Assembly (NCBI GenBank): GCA_902797855.1
Contig: CADBUI010000017.1
Coordinates: 6,560 to 70,559, forward strand
Direction of reading: 5' to 3'
Source of the DNA: an uncultured Erysipelotrichaceae bacterium
Lineage (GTDB): Bacteria > Bacillota_I > Bacilli_A > RFN20 > CAG-826
Length of the DNA stretch: 64,000 nt
Made by a program: the position numbers and the translations under genes. Below are positions 37,997 to 48,397 of this stretch, piece by piece (within the stretch, counting starts at the first letter, position 1; each line of letters begins with the position of its first letter). The notes under the pieces are model-generated. The model was not told where the DNA came from. It worked only from the letters and a program-made list of their open reading frames with translations, and searched no databases.

Positions 37997-40549
37997 TTAT
38001 CCGATTAATTCTTTTAATTTAGCTTTATAATCTTCGAGTTTATTTCTTTCAGCTTCAACTTTTTCTTTTGGAGCCTTATTTACAAAGTTTGGATTAGATA
38101 GCATCTTTTCACATCTATCAATCTCTGATTTATATAAGGCGATATCTTTAGCTTTCTTAGCTTCTTTTTCTTCACTAGAAATATCATCTTCAATAAACAT
38201 TGAGGCATTTTTATAGATATATTTAATTCCGCTTGAAGAAATATTATTTGAAATAGTTAACTCTTTAGCAAAGCTAAATCTTTCTAAATATGGTTTAAGT
38301 TCATTAAATGAATCATCACTTGTTTCAAGTTTAATAATAAGCTTTGCGTTAGGTGCAAGTTTATTAGTGACTTTATAATTACGAACGTCTTGAATCATCT
38401 TATACATATCTGTAACATTCACTAAATCAACTTTTGCATACTTTTTAGCTTCTGGATAAGTTTCAAGCATAATTGATTCTTTATGGCTTGGTAGCGCTAA
38501 ATAAAGTTCTTCACTTATAAATGGAGCGTATGGATGAATCATAATGATTATATTCTTAAGAATATAAACAAGAACATTCTTGATTTGATTACGATATTTT
38601 TCATCGCTATTTAAAAGGCTAACTTTACTCATTTCTAGGTATGATGAACAGAAATCATCATAGACGAAATTATATAAATAGGAGCTCGCTAAAGAATAAT
38701 CTAGCTTATCCATATAATTAGTGACATTTTTAATGGTGTTATTTAGTTTAACTAAGATATCTTGTTCAACTTTATGAAGTTTATCAAAGTTAATTTCTTC
38801 ACTTGTGAAGTCTTCACCTAAAGACTCGAGGACATAGCGAGCACTATTCCAAATCTTATTTAAATAATTTGAACTAGCGATAACCTTTTCTTCCATATAG
38901 CGAATATCTTGTCCAGGTGCGCTTCCGGTTGTGAGGAAATATCTAAGAGCGTCCACACCATATTTATCAATAACATCGATTGGATCAATTCCGTTTCCGA
39001 GAGTCTTAGACATCTTTCGACCTTGTGAGTCACGAATTAATCCATGGATTAAACATTTCTTAAATGGTGACTTCTTCGTAAATTCAAGAGAATCAAAAAT
39101 CATTCTCGAAACCCAGAAGAAAATGATGTCATAGGCAGTGACAAGTAAATCATTTGGGAAATAACGTTTAAAGTCACTAGTTTCCTCTGGCCAACCTAAG
39201 GTTGAAAATGGCCATAAGGCACTTGAAAACCAAGTATCAAGGACATCTTCATCTTGATGGAAATGAGGATCGTTTATTGGAGTTTCACTAACGATAACTT
39301 CACCAGTTTCATCGTTATAGTAAGCTGGAATACGGTGTCCCCACCAAAGTTGACGAGAGATGCACCAATCATCAACGTTTTCCATCCATTGACGGAAAGT
39401 ATGATTGAATCTTTCAGGAACAAATTCCACTGTAGATTTCTTTAATGCTTGCTCAGCAAGAGGACGCATCTTAACAAACCATTGTTTAGATAAAGTAGGT
39501 TCAACAACGCATCCACTTCTTTCAGAGTGACCAACTTGGTGAACGATGTCTTCGATCTTAATTAAGTTTCCATCTTTTCTAATTTGTTCAACAAGTTTTT
39601 CACGGCATTCATATCTATCCATGCCTTGATAGATGCCTGCGTTTTCATTCATCTTCGCATCTAAATCCATACATTTGATGCGTTTCATATTATATTTTTC
39701 GCTTAAAGCGAAGTCATTTGGGTCATGAGCAGGTGTGCATTTCATCGCTCCAGTACCAAATTCAATATCAACATATTCATCTGCCATTAATGGAAGAGGT
39801 TCATTATTGGCAGGGTTAATGACATTTTTACCAATGAGGTGTTTATATCTTTCATCACTTGGATTAACAAAGACAGCGGTATCACCAAACATTGTTTCTG
39901 GACGAGTTGTGGCAACCACTAAAAATTCATTCGAGCCTTCTACTTTATATTTAAAGTAATAAAACTTACCAGGATCATTTTCATAGATAACTTCAACATT
40001 ACTTAAAGCTGTCTTAAGTTCTGGGTCATAGTTAATAATTCTTTCTCCACGATAGATAAGTCCTTTATCATAAAGCGTTTTAAAGACGTGATTTACGGCT
40101 TTGTTAAGTCCTTCATCAAGAGTGAATCTTTCGCGGCTATAATCAAGCGCTAAACCCATTTTAGCCCATTGTTTATGAATGTTATCCGCGTATTCTTCTT
40201 TCCATTCCCAGGCTTTTTTAAGGAATCCTTCTCTACCAAGGTCATATCTAGAGATACCTTCACTTCTAAGTTTTTGTTCAACTTTTGCTTGAGTAGCAAT
40301 ACCAGCGTGGTCCATACCTGCTAGCCAAAGAACATCATATCCTTTAAGTTTTTTATATCTTGCGGTGATGTCTTGAATCGTTGTGTTCCAAGCATGACCT
40401 AAATGTAATTTACCAGTAACATTTGGAGGAGGAATAACCATTGTGAAAGCTTGTTTAGATGTATCACCCGCAGTGAAATATCCTTTTTTCTTCCAAGTTT
40501 CATATTTTCCTTCTTCAACTTTTTTATGATCGTAACGTTTATCAAGCAT
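37997..40549 (-). CDS. valS: valine--tRNA ligase
   Basis: 850 aa. PPPNVTGKLHLGH (HIGH), KMSKT and a C-terminal coiled coil. Confidence 0.97.
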   Translation of the reverse strand: MLDKRYDHKKVEEGKYETWKKKGYFTAGDTSKQAFTMVIPPPNVTGKLHLGHAWNTTIQDITARYKKLKGYDVLWLAGMDHAGIATQAKVEQKLRSEGISRYDLGREGFLKKAWEWKEEYADNIHKQWAKMGLALDYSRERFTLDEGLNKAVNHVFKTLYDKGLIYRGERIINYDPELKTALSNVEVIYENDPGKFYYFKYKVEGSNEFLVVATTRPETMFGDTAVFVNPSDERYKHLIGKNVINPANNEPLPLMADEYVDIEFGTGAMKCTPAHDPNDFALSEKYNMKRIKCMDLDAKMNENAGIYQGMDRYECREKLVEQIRKDGNLIKIEDIVHQVGHSERSGCVVEPTLSKQWFVKMRPLAEQALKKSTVEFVPERFNHTFRQWMENVDDWCISRQLWWGHRIPAYYNDETGEVIVSETPINDPHFHQDEDVLDTWFSSALWPFSTLGWPEETSDFKRYFPNDLLVTAYDIIFFWVSRMIFDSLEFTKKSPFKKCLIHGLIRDSQGRKMSKTLGNGIDPIDVIDKYGVDALRYFLTTGSAPGQDIRYMEEKVIASSNYLNKIWNSARYVLESLGEDFTSEEINFDKLHKVEQDILVKLNNTIKNVTNYMDKLDYSLASSYLYNFVYDDFCSSYLEMSKVSLLNSDEKYRNQIKNVLVYILKNIIIMIHPYAPFISEELYLALPSHKESIMLETYPEAKKYAKVDLVNVTDMYKMIQDVRNYKVTNKLAPNAKLIIKLETSDDSFNELKPYLERFSFAKELTISNNISSSGIKYIYKNASMFIEDDISSEEKEAKKAKDIALYKSEIDRCEKMLSNPNFVNKAPKEKVEAERNKLEDYKAKLKELIG

Positions 40550-40561
40550 AAGTTACCTCCT

Positions 40562-40745
40562 TAAAATAAAAGCGTCCTAATTTAAGGACGCATTATACGT
40601 GGTACCACCTTAATTCATATCTATAATTAGATATGCACTCATTCGTTCATTAACGCTGAACTAACGAAATGTTCCCATTTAGCCTCGTAAGCGACATCAT
40701 TAGTGACTAACGTAGTGCTTCCACCATCCACTACTCTCTAATGTT
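40562..40745 (-). promoter_or_regulatory. T-box riboswitch leader (valine specifier) controlling valS
   Basis: On the minus strand, stem I base CATTAG...CTAATG encloses AGAGAG. The specifier loop GTTAGTCA carries GUC (40707-40705) followed by A. The T-box sequence AAGGTGGTACCACG lies at 40611-40598. The terminator GCGTCCTTAAATTAGGACGC plus TTTTATTTT (40591-40562) precedes the valS RBS. Confidence 0.85.
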
Positions 40746-40803
40746 AGTTTTACTAATGACCTCTTAGTCATCGGCGAGTTTTATTTTAGCAAGAGACATT
40801 AAA

Positions 40804-41373
40804 CTATACAAGTTTAGAGATGATAGTTCTTAATTCATCAAGAGATTTGTTATTTAGCGTATTAACAAGTACGAATTCTCCATGAACTAATTCTTGTCCT
40901 CTTTTAATAGCTTTAGATTTCTCCGATTGATTAAGCTTGTCACTTTTAGTCATGACAGTGACAAACTTAATATTCTTTTCTACGATAAAATCGTAGAAGT
41001 CAATATCGTTTTCTCCTAAAGAATGTCTAGAATCCACTAGGAAGATAACTCCTTTAAGTTTTGGATTATCAAAGTAGTCTTCCATCATTTTTCCAAAACT
41101 ATCTAAATGCTTACTTCCACTTCGGGTATATCCATATCCAGGAGCGTCCACTAAATAGAATTTATCATCAACTAAATAATAATTTAGTAACTTAGTGTGT
41201 CCTGGTTTAGAGGAAGTAAAAGCGAGATTCTTCTTTTTTGTTAAAGCGTTTATTAAAGATGACTTCCCAACATTTGATTTCCCCACAAAGAGAATTTCAG
41301 GAAGATTATCTAAAGGTGCCTCATCTAAAGATGGGGCACTTTTAATAAATTTAGCATTAACAAAATCAATCAT
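40804..41373 (-). CDS. engB: ribosome biogenesis GTPase EngB/YsxC
   Basis: GKSNVGKSS P-loop, DAPGYG and TKSD. Lies downstream of lon as in B. subtilis. Confidence 0.92.
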   Translation of the reverse strand: MIDFVNAKFIKSAPSLDEAPLDNLPEILFVGKSNVGKSSLINALTKKKNLAFTSSKPGHTKLLNYYLVDDKFYLVDAPGYGYTRSGSKHLDSFGKMMEDYFDNPKLKGVIFLVDSRHSLGENDIDFYDFIVEKNIKFVTVMTKSDKLNQSEKSKAIKRGQELVHGEFVLVNTLNNKSLDELRTIISKLV

Positions 41374-41375
41374 TA

Positions 41376-43703
41376 TTAATCCTTAATTGCGACTCTAACA
41401 GCGTCATCAACATTGTTCATATAAACAATATTTAGACCTTTCTTAGATTCATCTGGGAGCTCATCGACATCGCGTTTATTATCGCTTGGGACAATGATGG
41501 TTTTAATACCTGCACGAAGTGCACCAAGGGATTTTTCACGAAGTCCACCGATAGGTAGAGCTTGTCCACGAAGAGTAACTTCACCAGTCATAGCGACATC
41601 GCAGTTAACTTTACGATTGCTTAAGCAGGAGATTAAGGCTGTGGCAATCGCTACCCCTGCAGATGGTCCATCTTTTGGAACAGCGCCTTCTGGGAAATGA
41701 ATATGAATATCGTTTTCAGCAAAAATCTTTTCATCTATTCCATATTTCTTCGCATTTGCTTTGACATAGTCAAGAGCAATAGATGAAGATTCTTTCATGA
41801 CATCACCGAGTTTTCCGGTTAAGACAAGACCGCCTTTACCTTTAAAATAGGTAACTTCAATTGGAAGAATATCTCCACCAAACTGAGTGTAGGCTAAGCC
41901 GGTGACAACTCCAACAGTATCCACTTTTTCTTTCTTTGTGTTTTCAAATAGAGGTTTACCAAGGTATTCACCAATCTTACTAACAGTCACATTAACTTTC
42001 TTAACATCTTTATTAGTTAAGATTTCAACAGCGGCTTTTCTCATTGTAGTTGCAATAAGTCTTTGTAGTTCACGAACACCAGCTTCGCGGGTGTATTTTT
42101 GAATTAAGAGCATAATTGCGTCTTTATCAATAGAATATTGATCACTGGTAAGACCGTTATTGTTAAGTTCTTTTCTAACAAGCCAATTCTCAGCGATTTG
42201 AAGCTTTTCAAATTCGGTATAAGAGTTGACTTCGATAAGTTCAAGACGATCTCTTAAAGGCGCTGGAACATTTTCAAGATAGTTCGCAGTGCATATGAAT
42301 AAGACGTTGCTTAAATCATATGGTTCTTCAAGATAGTTATCGTTAAACTGTGTATTTTGAGATGGATCAAGAACTTCAAGTAATGCACTGGCTGGGTCTC
42401 CTTTATAGGAGCTAGCGAGTTTATCAACTTCATCAAGTAGGAAGACTGGGTTAGAAACCCCTACTCGCTTCATACCAGCAATAATTCTTCCTGGCATTGA
42501 CCCAACATATGTACGGCGGTGTCCGCGAATTTCAGCTTCATCAGAAATACCACCAAGTGATGCTTTGAAGAATTTTCTTCCAAGTGCGCGAGCAATGCTA
42601 GCGCCTAAAGAAGTCTTACCGCATCCTGGAGGTCCATAGAAACAGAGAATTGGAGCTTTTAAATTACCAGTCATTTTCTTGACAGCAAGATATTCAACAA
42701 TTCTTTCTTTGACTTTCTTAAGACCAAAATGGTCTTCGTCTAAGATTTTACGGACATTATCTAAATCATCATTATCAGTTGTGGTTTGATACCAAGGTAC
42801 ATCCATTAAGATTTGGATATATGACATGATAAGAGATGATTCAAGTGATGCTGGTGGCATCATTTCATATTTTTTAAGTTCAGCATTTACTTTATTTTTG
42901 ACATGCTCTGGATATGGATTTTCGTTGAGGCGTTTTCTAATGGCGTCAACATCTTTTTCTCCACCAGGTTCTTCACCAAGTTCTTTTTTGACCGCTTTAA
43001 GACGTTCATGAAGGATATAGTCTCTTTGAGCTTTCTCAGTCGATTCAGAAATATTTTTATTTATCGCTGCGTCAACTTCAGCTTCAATTTTCTTTAAATC
43101 GAGTCTAGTTACAATAAATTGTAATTTTTCTGATACATCAAGGATTTCTAAGTAAGCTTGACGGTCAGAGTTTTCCATCACAAGGTTACTAGCAAGAACA
43201 TCACTAAAATCAGAGGCACTTAGTCCTTTAGTGGTAATTGTGTCAATTACTGAACGAGGGACTCCTTTAAGTGCATCTGGATTTTTCTCAACATAAGAGA
43301 CGATGTTTTTTAAAGTAGCAACATCTTTTTCGTGGTCACTTTCAATAGTGTTAAGCATTTCACCTTCTGCAACATAGTAATTGTTTTGGTCATAGGCGAC
43401 TTTAAGAAGTTTAACTCTACTTAATCCAACAATTCTAATGCGAAGGTAGTTTTTAGATTCACTAGAAGAAACAATACGGCAAAGTGTACCAACTTCGTAA
43501 AGATCTTTTTCAGTTGGCATTTCAATATTTGCGCTTCTTTGTGAGACAACTAAAATAAGCGAATCATTATGATCCAAACTTGTCTTCACCGCATTTACCG
43601 TAAATTCACGAGCGACATCAAGTCTAAGTTCCTTTTCGCTAGGAATAATAGACATCGCTTTAGTAACAAGTAAAGGGAGAACGATTTTTTCAGTATTTTC
43701 CAT
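41376..43703 (-). CDS. lon: ATP-dependent Lon protease
   Basis: 775 aa. LON N-domain, Walker A GPPGCGKTS and catalytic Ser context PKDGPSAGVA. Confidence 0.97.
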   Translation of the reverse strand: MENTEKIVLPLLVTKAMSIIPSEKELRLDVAREFTVNAVKTSLDHNDSLILVVSQRSANIEMPTEKDLYEVGTLCRIVSSSESKNYLRIRIVGLSRVKLLKVAYDQNNYYVAEGEMLNTIESDHEKDVATLKNIVSYVEKNPDALKGVPRSVIDTITTKGLSASDFSDVLASNLVMENSDRQAYLEILDVSEKLQFIVTRLDLKKIEAEVDAAINKNISESTEKAQRDYILHERLKAVKKELGEEPGGEKDVDAIRKRLNENPYPEHVKNKVNAELKKYEMMPPASLESSLIMSYIQILMDVPWYQTTTDNDDLDNVRKILDEDHFGLKKVKERIVEYLAVKKMTGNLKAPILCFYGPPGCGKTSLGASIARALGRKFFKASLGGISDEAEIRGHRRTYVGSMPGRIIAGMKRVGVSNPVFLLDEVDKLASSYKGDPASALLEVLDPSQNTQFNDNYLEEPYDLSNVLFICTANYLENVPAPLRDRLELIEVNSYTEFEKLQIAENWLVRKELNNNGLTSDQYSIDKDAIMLLIQKYTREAGVRELQRLIATTMRKAAVEILTNKDVKKVNVTVSKIGEYLGKPLFENTKKEKVDTVGVVTGLAYTQFGGDILPIEVTYFKGKGGLVLTGKLGDVMKESSSIALDYVKANAKKYGIDEKIFAENDIHIHFPEGAVPKDGPSAGVAIATALISCLSNRKVNCDVAMTGEVTLRGQALPIGGLREKSLGALRAGIKTIIVPSDNKRDVDELPDESKKGLNIVYMNNVDDAVRVAIKD

Positions 43704-43722
43704 ACGTGATTCCTCCTTTATT

Positions 43723-43749
43723 TTGGCACTCTAAAACGTGGAGTGCTAA
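43723..43749 (-). promoter_or_regulatory. CIRCE operator (proximal) upstream of lon
   Basis: TTGGCACTC-N9-GAGTGCTAA, with half-sites identical to those of the hrcA copy. Confidence 0.9.
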
Positions 43750-43753
43750 CACT

Positions 43754-43781
43754 ATTATAAAGATAATTTTGGCACTGTCAA
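43754..43781 (-). promoter_or_regulatory. sigma-A type promoter of lon
   Basis: Minus strand reads TTGACA (43781-43776), 16 nt, TATAAT (43759-43754), nested between the two CIRCE repeats exactly as at hrcA. Confidence 0.75.
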
Positions 43782-43795
43782 CTTGTAAGTGCTAA
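43769..43795 (-). promoter_or_regulatory. CIRCE-like operator (distal) upstream of lon
   Basis: TTGGCACTG-N9-AAGTGCTAA. Confidence 0.75.
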
Positions 43796-43808
43796 ATGTA
43801 GTTCTTTA

Positions 43809-45179
43809 TTATTTCTTGGCTGCTTCTTTTTTGGCAGCAGGTTTTTTAGCTGGAGCTTTCTTTTCTTCAGCTGGTTTTTCTTCACTCTTCTTTGAAGAGG
43901 ATTTCTTAACGTTATTATCAAAGATGAAATCTTGAAGCTTTCTTTGACGGAGTTCAGCTTTGAAGTTTGCTAAATTGGCAGCGAGGATTTCTTTAACTTT
44001 TCCTTCTTCCATATTGTATTGTTTAGCGATCTTAGAGATTTCTTCATCAACTTCTTTATCACCAACAACAATATTTTCTGCTTTAGCGATGGCTTCCATC
44101 ACAAACATAACCTTGAGGTTCTTTTCGGCATCAACTCTAAGAGTCTTATTGAAGTCATCATTAGATTGACCTGTGAGTTCAAGATAATGTTCTAAGGTGA
44201 GACCTTGTTGAGCCATACGGTCAGACATTTGTTTTCTCATACCTTCGACTTCGTCGTTAATAATTTCATCAACGATTTCGACTTTGGTTTCTGCAAGAAT
44301 CTTATCAACAATCTTATTTAACGTTTCCGCTCTTGCGTGTTCTTTTTTATGTTCAAGTAAGTGAGCTTTTTCGTGTTCACGTAATTCTTCAACAGTCTTA
44401 ACTCCTTCAATATTTAAATCTTTGATGAGTTCTTCATCGAGTTCTGGAATTACTTTTTCTTTCACTTCGTGAATGGTAACGGCAAAGACTGCATCTTTAC
44501 CAGCGAGTTCAGCAACATATTGTTTTGGGAAAGTAACTTTAACTTCAACCTTTTCACCACTCTTTTTACCAACGAGTTGTTCTTCGAAACCTGGAATGAA
44601 TTGATGTGAACCAAGTTCAAGGGAATAGTTTTCAGCTTTTCCTCCATCAAATGGCACTCCATTAACGCTTCCTAAGAAGTCAATAACAACGGTGTCACCA
44701 AGTTTAGAAACACGGTCAACACTTGTAAGTGTCGCGTTTTGTTCGACTAAGCGTTTAATTGCTTCATCGAGTTCAGCTTTACTAACTTCTGGTTTAACTT
44801 CTTCAACGTTATGACCTTTATATTTTCCTAATGTAACATCTGGTGCGGTGATAATAAGGAACTTAACTTGAAGTTCTTTATCACTTACTTTAGTAACATC
44901 GACACTTGGACGTGCGACTGGAAGAATCTTTTCTTCCTTAAGTACTTCATCAAAGGTTGGTTGAAGAATTGAATTAATTGCTTCATTGAAGACATCTGCT
45001 TGAGGAATGTGCTTTTTAGCCATTTCTAGTGGGACTTTACCTGGACGGAAGCCATCAAGCTTTAAGTTTTTAGCGAGTTTTGCGAATGCTTTTTCTTGAG
45101 CTTCTTTCCATACTTTTTCGTCTAAATCACAGACTACTTCATACTTTGAATTGAGTAATTTATTTACGACTCTTTTCAT
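43809..45179 (-). CDS. tig: trigger factor
   Basis: 456 aa. Ribosome-binding N-domain (GFRPGKVP), an FKBP-type middle domain, and a C-terminal arm followed by a Lys/Ala-rich tail. Confidence 0.93.
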   Translation of the reverse strand: MKRVVNKLLNSKYEVVCDLDEKVWKEAQEKAFAKLAKNLKLDGFRPGKVPLEMAKKHIPQADVFNEAINSILQPTFDEVLKEEKILPVARPSVDVTKVSDKELQVKFLIITAPDVTLGKYKGHNVEEVKPEVSKAELDEAIKRLVEQNATLTSVDRVSKLGDTVVIDFLGSVNGVPFDGGKAENYSLELGSHQFIPGFEEQLVGKKSGEKVEVKVTFPKQYVAELAGKDAVFAVTIHEVKEKVIPELDEELIKDLNIEGVKTVEELREHEKAHLLEHKKEHARAETLNKIVDKILAETKVEIVDEIINDEVEGMRKQMSDRMAQQGLTLEHYLELTGQSNDDFNKTLRVDAEKNLKVMFVMEAIAKAENIVVGDKEVDEEISKIAKQYNMEEGKVKEILAANLANFKAELRQRKLQDFIFDNNVKKSSSKKSEEKPAEEKKAPAKKPAAKKEAAKK

Positions 45180-45220
45180 GTAACTATAATCTCCTTTTCG
45201 TAATTACTTTGTAAAGTATA

Positions 45221-45254
45221 CAAAAAGAGTGTCCCTCTATCAAGAGAAACACTC
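45221..45254 (-). terminator. rho-independent terminator between the 45277-46185 gene and tig
   Basis: Minus strand reads GAGTGTTTCTCTTGATAGAGGGACACTC followed by TTTTTG. Confidence 0.65.
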
Positions 45255-45276
45255 AATATTTCATTAAAATGAATTT

Positions 45277-46185
45277 TTATAGCTCCAAAGATGGAGTCGA
45301 ATCGATTATTTTCCTAATCTCTTCTTTCTTATCTAAGATAACTTTATCGGTGCAGTCATCTTTTTCGTTTATGTAATCTTTCGCTAATAAGATAAGAGCG
45401 CTTGAAACAAGTTCAGGATCTTCTTTATTAATATCAACTGGATAAATATCCATTGAATAATAATTTAAGAGTTGGAAAGCTGTTGCTTCAAGGGTGACAT
45501 TTTGTTTACTTTTAGTGTTAATTAATTTAACAATCTTTTCAAAGACTTCTCCTTTAAATGGAGGATTAATTTCACTAGGTACAAGAGTGATAATTTTATC
45601 TTTAGATAAAAATGATACTGGATGAGCATATTTATTATCCACTAAAACGATAAGAGCATATGTCCTTAAAGAAGGATGAATATCTTTCTTAATTAAGACA
45701 TTAAGCAAGGAAGAAACATAGCTATTAAAGTTATAGTTTTGAAGTGAGAATAAAACATTTGATAACTCAGCGTTTTTCGTGCTTGTTTCTAAGATTTCAC
45801 ACACTTCATCAATACTTAAATTATTTTTAATAACTGGATGCTCTTCTTTTTCAATTCGTTCGTGCATATCTCTCATAAATTCTTCAGCTTCTTGAGAGAT
45901 GTATGGTTTAGCTTCATACACTCTTAAAGCTTCTTTTGCGTCATTAAAAAGACGATTCTTAAGAAGAACTTCAAAATGCACTCTCATGAGTTTAAGAGGA
46001 TATTTAGAATAAAGAATATCAAAGTTCTCTTTAATATAATTAAGTGCATCGAGTTCTTTAGAAAGAAGGAGCAAAGCACTTAATCCCATAAGTTTAACTT
46101 CTGGATCAAGAGATTCTTTAGAATATTTGACCACTAAGTCGTATTGCTTAGTATCAAATAAGGTTTTAATCATTTTCTTATTCAT
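45277..46185 (-). CDS. all-helical hypothetical protein (possibly DUF3196/MPN330-like)
   Basis: 302 aa with no catalytic motif. The family guess rests only on its length, its helical character, and a position next to tig-lon that recalls mycoplasma genomes. Confidence 0.5.
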   Translation of the reverse strand: MNKKMIKTLFDTKQYDLVVKYSKESLDPEVKLMGLSALLLLSKELDALNYIKENFDILYSKYPLKLMRVHFEVLLKNRLFNDAKEALRVYEAKPYISQEAEEFMRDMHERIEKEEHPVIKNNLSIDEVCEILETSTKNAELSNVLFSLQNYNFNSYVSSLLNVLIKKDIHPSLRTYALIVLVDNKYAHPVSFLSKDKIITLVPSEINPPFKGEVFEKIVKLINTKSKQNVTLEATAFQLLNYYSMDIYPVDINKEDPELVSSALILLAKDYINEKDDCTDKVILDKKEEIRKIIDSTPSLEL

Positions 46186-46208
46186 GACACAAAGTATACA
46201 AAATTCTC

Positions 46209-47624
46209 TTATTTGATTCCATATTTCTCGCCATAGTTAGCGATAACATAATCCAAATCTTTATCTCCTCTACCCGATAAATTCACAAGAATTGAACCAT
46301 GATGCATCTTTTTCGCAAGTTTAATTGCGTATGCCACCGCATGTGCACTTTCTAAAGCTGGAATAATTCCTTCAAGTCTACATAGCTTGAAGAAAGCATC
46401 AATTGCTTCATCATCAGTGACACTATCATAAGTAACACGGTTTAAATCGTGTAGGAAAGCATGTTCAGGTCCAACAGCTGGATAATCTAGCCCACTAGCG
46501 ACACTATATACAGGCGCTGGATTACCATTTTCATCTTGAAGCATAAGCGAATTAAATCCATGCATAATTCCTTCTTTACCAAAGGTAACTGATGCAGCAT
46601 TTTGACCCACTGCTGTACCTTTGCCCATTGGTTCAACTCCAATGATTTTAACTGGATCAGCTAAAAATGGTGCGAACATTCCAATAGAGTTAGAACCTCC
46701 ACCAACACAAGCAACTACCACATCTGGAAGTTCGCCAGTCATTTCTAGGAATTGTTCTCTAGCCTCAATACCGATAATAGATTGGAAATCTCTAATCATA
46801 AGAGGGAAAGGATGAGGACCAACCGCACTACCAATGCAATATAAAGCAGTCTTATATTCTTTTAAGTAGGCACTAAAGGCAGCGTCAACCGCTTCCTTAA
46901 GGGTCCCCGCTCCTTCCTTAACCGGAATAACGTGGGCACCAAGAATCTTCATTCTAGCAACATTAGGTGCTTGCTTTTTGATATCGGTTTCACCCATATA
47001 AATATCGCATTCAAGTCCATAATAGGCTGCAGCAGTTGCAACCGCTGTTCCATGGCTTCCTGCACCAGTTTCAGCGATGAGTTTTTTCTTACCTAAATAC
47101 TTAGCGAGTAAACCCTCACCCATCGTATGATTTGGTTTATGTGAACCGGTATAGTTTAAATCTTCTCTTTTTAAATAAATTTGAACTTTACCAAGGGATT
47201 CGGATAGTCTACGGCAATAATAAATTGGAGTAGGACGTCCTTGATAATATTTACGAATTCTTCTTAAATCAGAAATGAAATCACTTGATTTACATATCGT
47301 TAGATATGCATCATATATTTCTTGGAAAGCCTTCTCAAGCTCTTTAGGTAGATAGGCTCCACCATATTTACCAAAATATCCTTTTTCATTGGGATAACGT
47401 TTTAGATATGTTTTAAAATCAACATTTGCAGTTTCTTCAGCTTCAACTTCATCAAATTGATATGTATTTCTAGCGTCACTAGGTTTGGAAGCATTTTCAG
47501 GGATTAACCAACTCTTTGAAACCTTGATCGCTCCTTTAATTCTTCCTTCGACTAAAAGTGAACGCACACGACGTTCAGAGATGTTCCATTTTTTGGAAAC
47601 TTCACTAACAGATAAATATTTCAT
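46209..47624 (-). CDS. trpB: tryptophan synthase beta chain with an N-terminal helix-turn-helix domain
   Basis: 471 aa. Residues 1 to about 50, [42 protein letters not shown], form an excisionase/MerR-like HTH. The remainder is TrpB: [15 protein letters not shown]-Lys context TGSHKPN, and [24 protein letters not shown]. Confidence 0.88.
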   Translation of the reverse strand: MKYLSVSEVSKKWNISERRVRSLLVEGRIKGAIKVSKSWLIPENASKPSDARNTYQFDEVEAEETANVDFKTYLKRYPNEKGYFGKYGGAYLPKELEKAFQEIYDAYLTICKSSDFISDLRRIRKYYQGRPTPIYYCRRLSESLGKVQIYLKREDLNYTGSHKPNHTMGEGLLAKYLGKKKLIAETGAGSHGTAVATAAAYYGLECDIYMGETDIKKQAPNVARMKILGAHVIPVKEGAGTLKEAVDAAFSAYLKEYKTALYCIGSAVGPHPFPLMIRDFQSIIGIEAREQFLEMTGELPDVVVACVGGGSNSIGMFAPFLADPVKIIGVEPMGKGTAVGQNAASVTFGKEGIMHGFNSLMLQDENGNPAPVYSVASGLDYPAVGPEHAFLHDLNRVTYDSVTDDEAIDAFFKLCRLEGIIPALESAHAVAYAIKLAKKMHHGSILVNLSGRGDKDLDYVIANYGEKYGIK

Positions 47625-47755
47625 ATTTGACCTCCGCTTAATTATTCTATTCCGTTATCGGTATGTTGTAAACACTTTTTATTATTTTTTTATTCCTTAT
47701 TAATATATAGGTATTATTTATAGATTTTTAAATTAAAAAGGACTATATTAGTGGT

Positions 47756-48394
47756 ATGAAACTTCGTAAAGACATTGATTCATTTTTATCCACTATTCCT
47801 AATGATGTTACTTTAGTAGCTGCTACTAAATACGTTAATGGTGATGTCTTAAAAGATTTACTTAAACATGGAGTGAATAATTTTGGAGAAAACCGCGTTG
47901 ATGCCTTTTTAGAAAAATACTATGAACTAAGTGATCAAGATATTGTTTGGCATTTCATTGGCCATCTTCAAAGAAACAAAGCCAAAGAAGTAATCAATAA
48001 AATTGATTATCTTCATTCTCTAGATTCTCTTAAACTAGCAGATATCATTGAAAAAGAAAGAACTTCACCACTTAATGTTTTCGTGGAAATAAGTATTAAT
48101 CTTGAAGAGAGTAAAAACGGAGTGCCTTATTACGAAGCTATCGAATTCATAAGTAAACTAAAAGAATATAAAAATATCAATCTTGTTGGACTTATGATGA
48201 TGTCAGTTAAAGCCTCTAGTAAGGAAAGCTACTTAGAGCAGTTTAAAAAGTTAAAAGACTTAAGAAACGAATTAGAAAAGAAATGCAATATATCAATTCC
48301 ATATCTATCAATGGGCATGAGTGATGATTATATATACGCTCTTAAAGAGGGCGCGACTCATATAAGGCTTGGCCGTATCTTATTCGAGGAATAA
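47756..48394 (+). CDS. yggS: PLP homeostasis protein YggS/YlmE family
   Basis: 212 aa. VAATKY lysine context, HFIGHLQRNK and MGMSDD. Confidence 0.88.
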   Translation: MKLRKDIDSFLSTIPNDVTLVAATKYVNGDVLKDLLKHGVNNFGENRVDAFLEKYYELSDQDIVWHFIGHLQRNKAKEVINKIDYLHSLDSLKLADIIEKERTSPLNVFVEISINLEESKNGVPYYEAIEFISKLKEYKNINLVGLMMMSVKASSKESYLEQFKKLKDLRNELEKKCNISIPYLSMGMSDDYIYALKEGATHIRLGRILFEE

Positions 48395-48397
48395 ATA

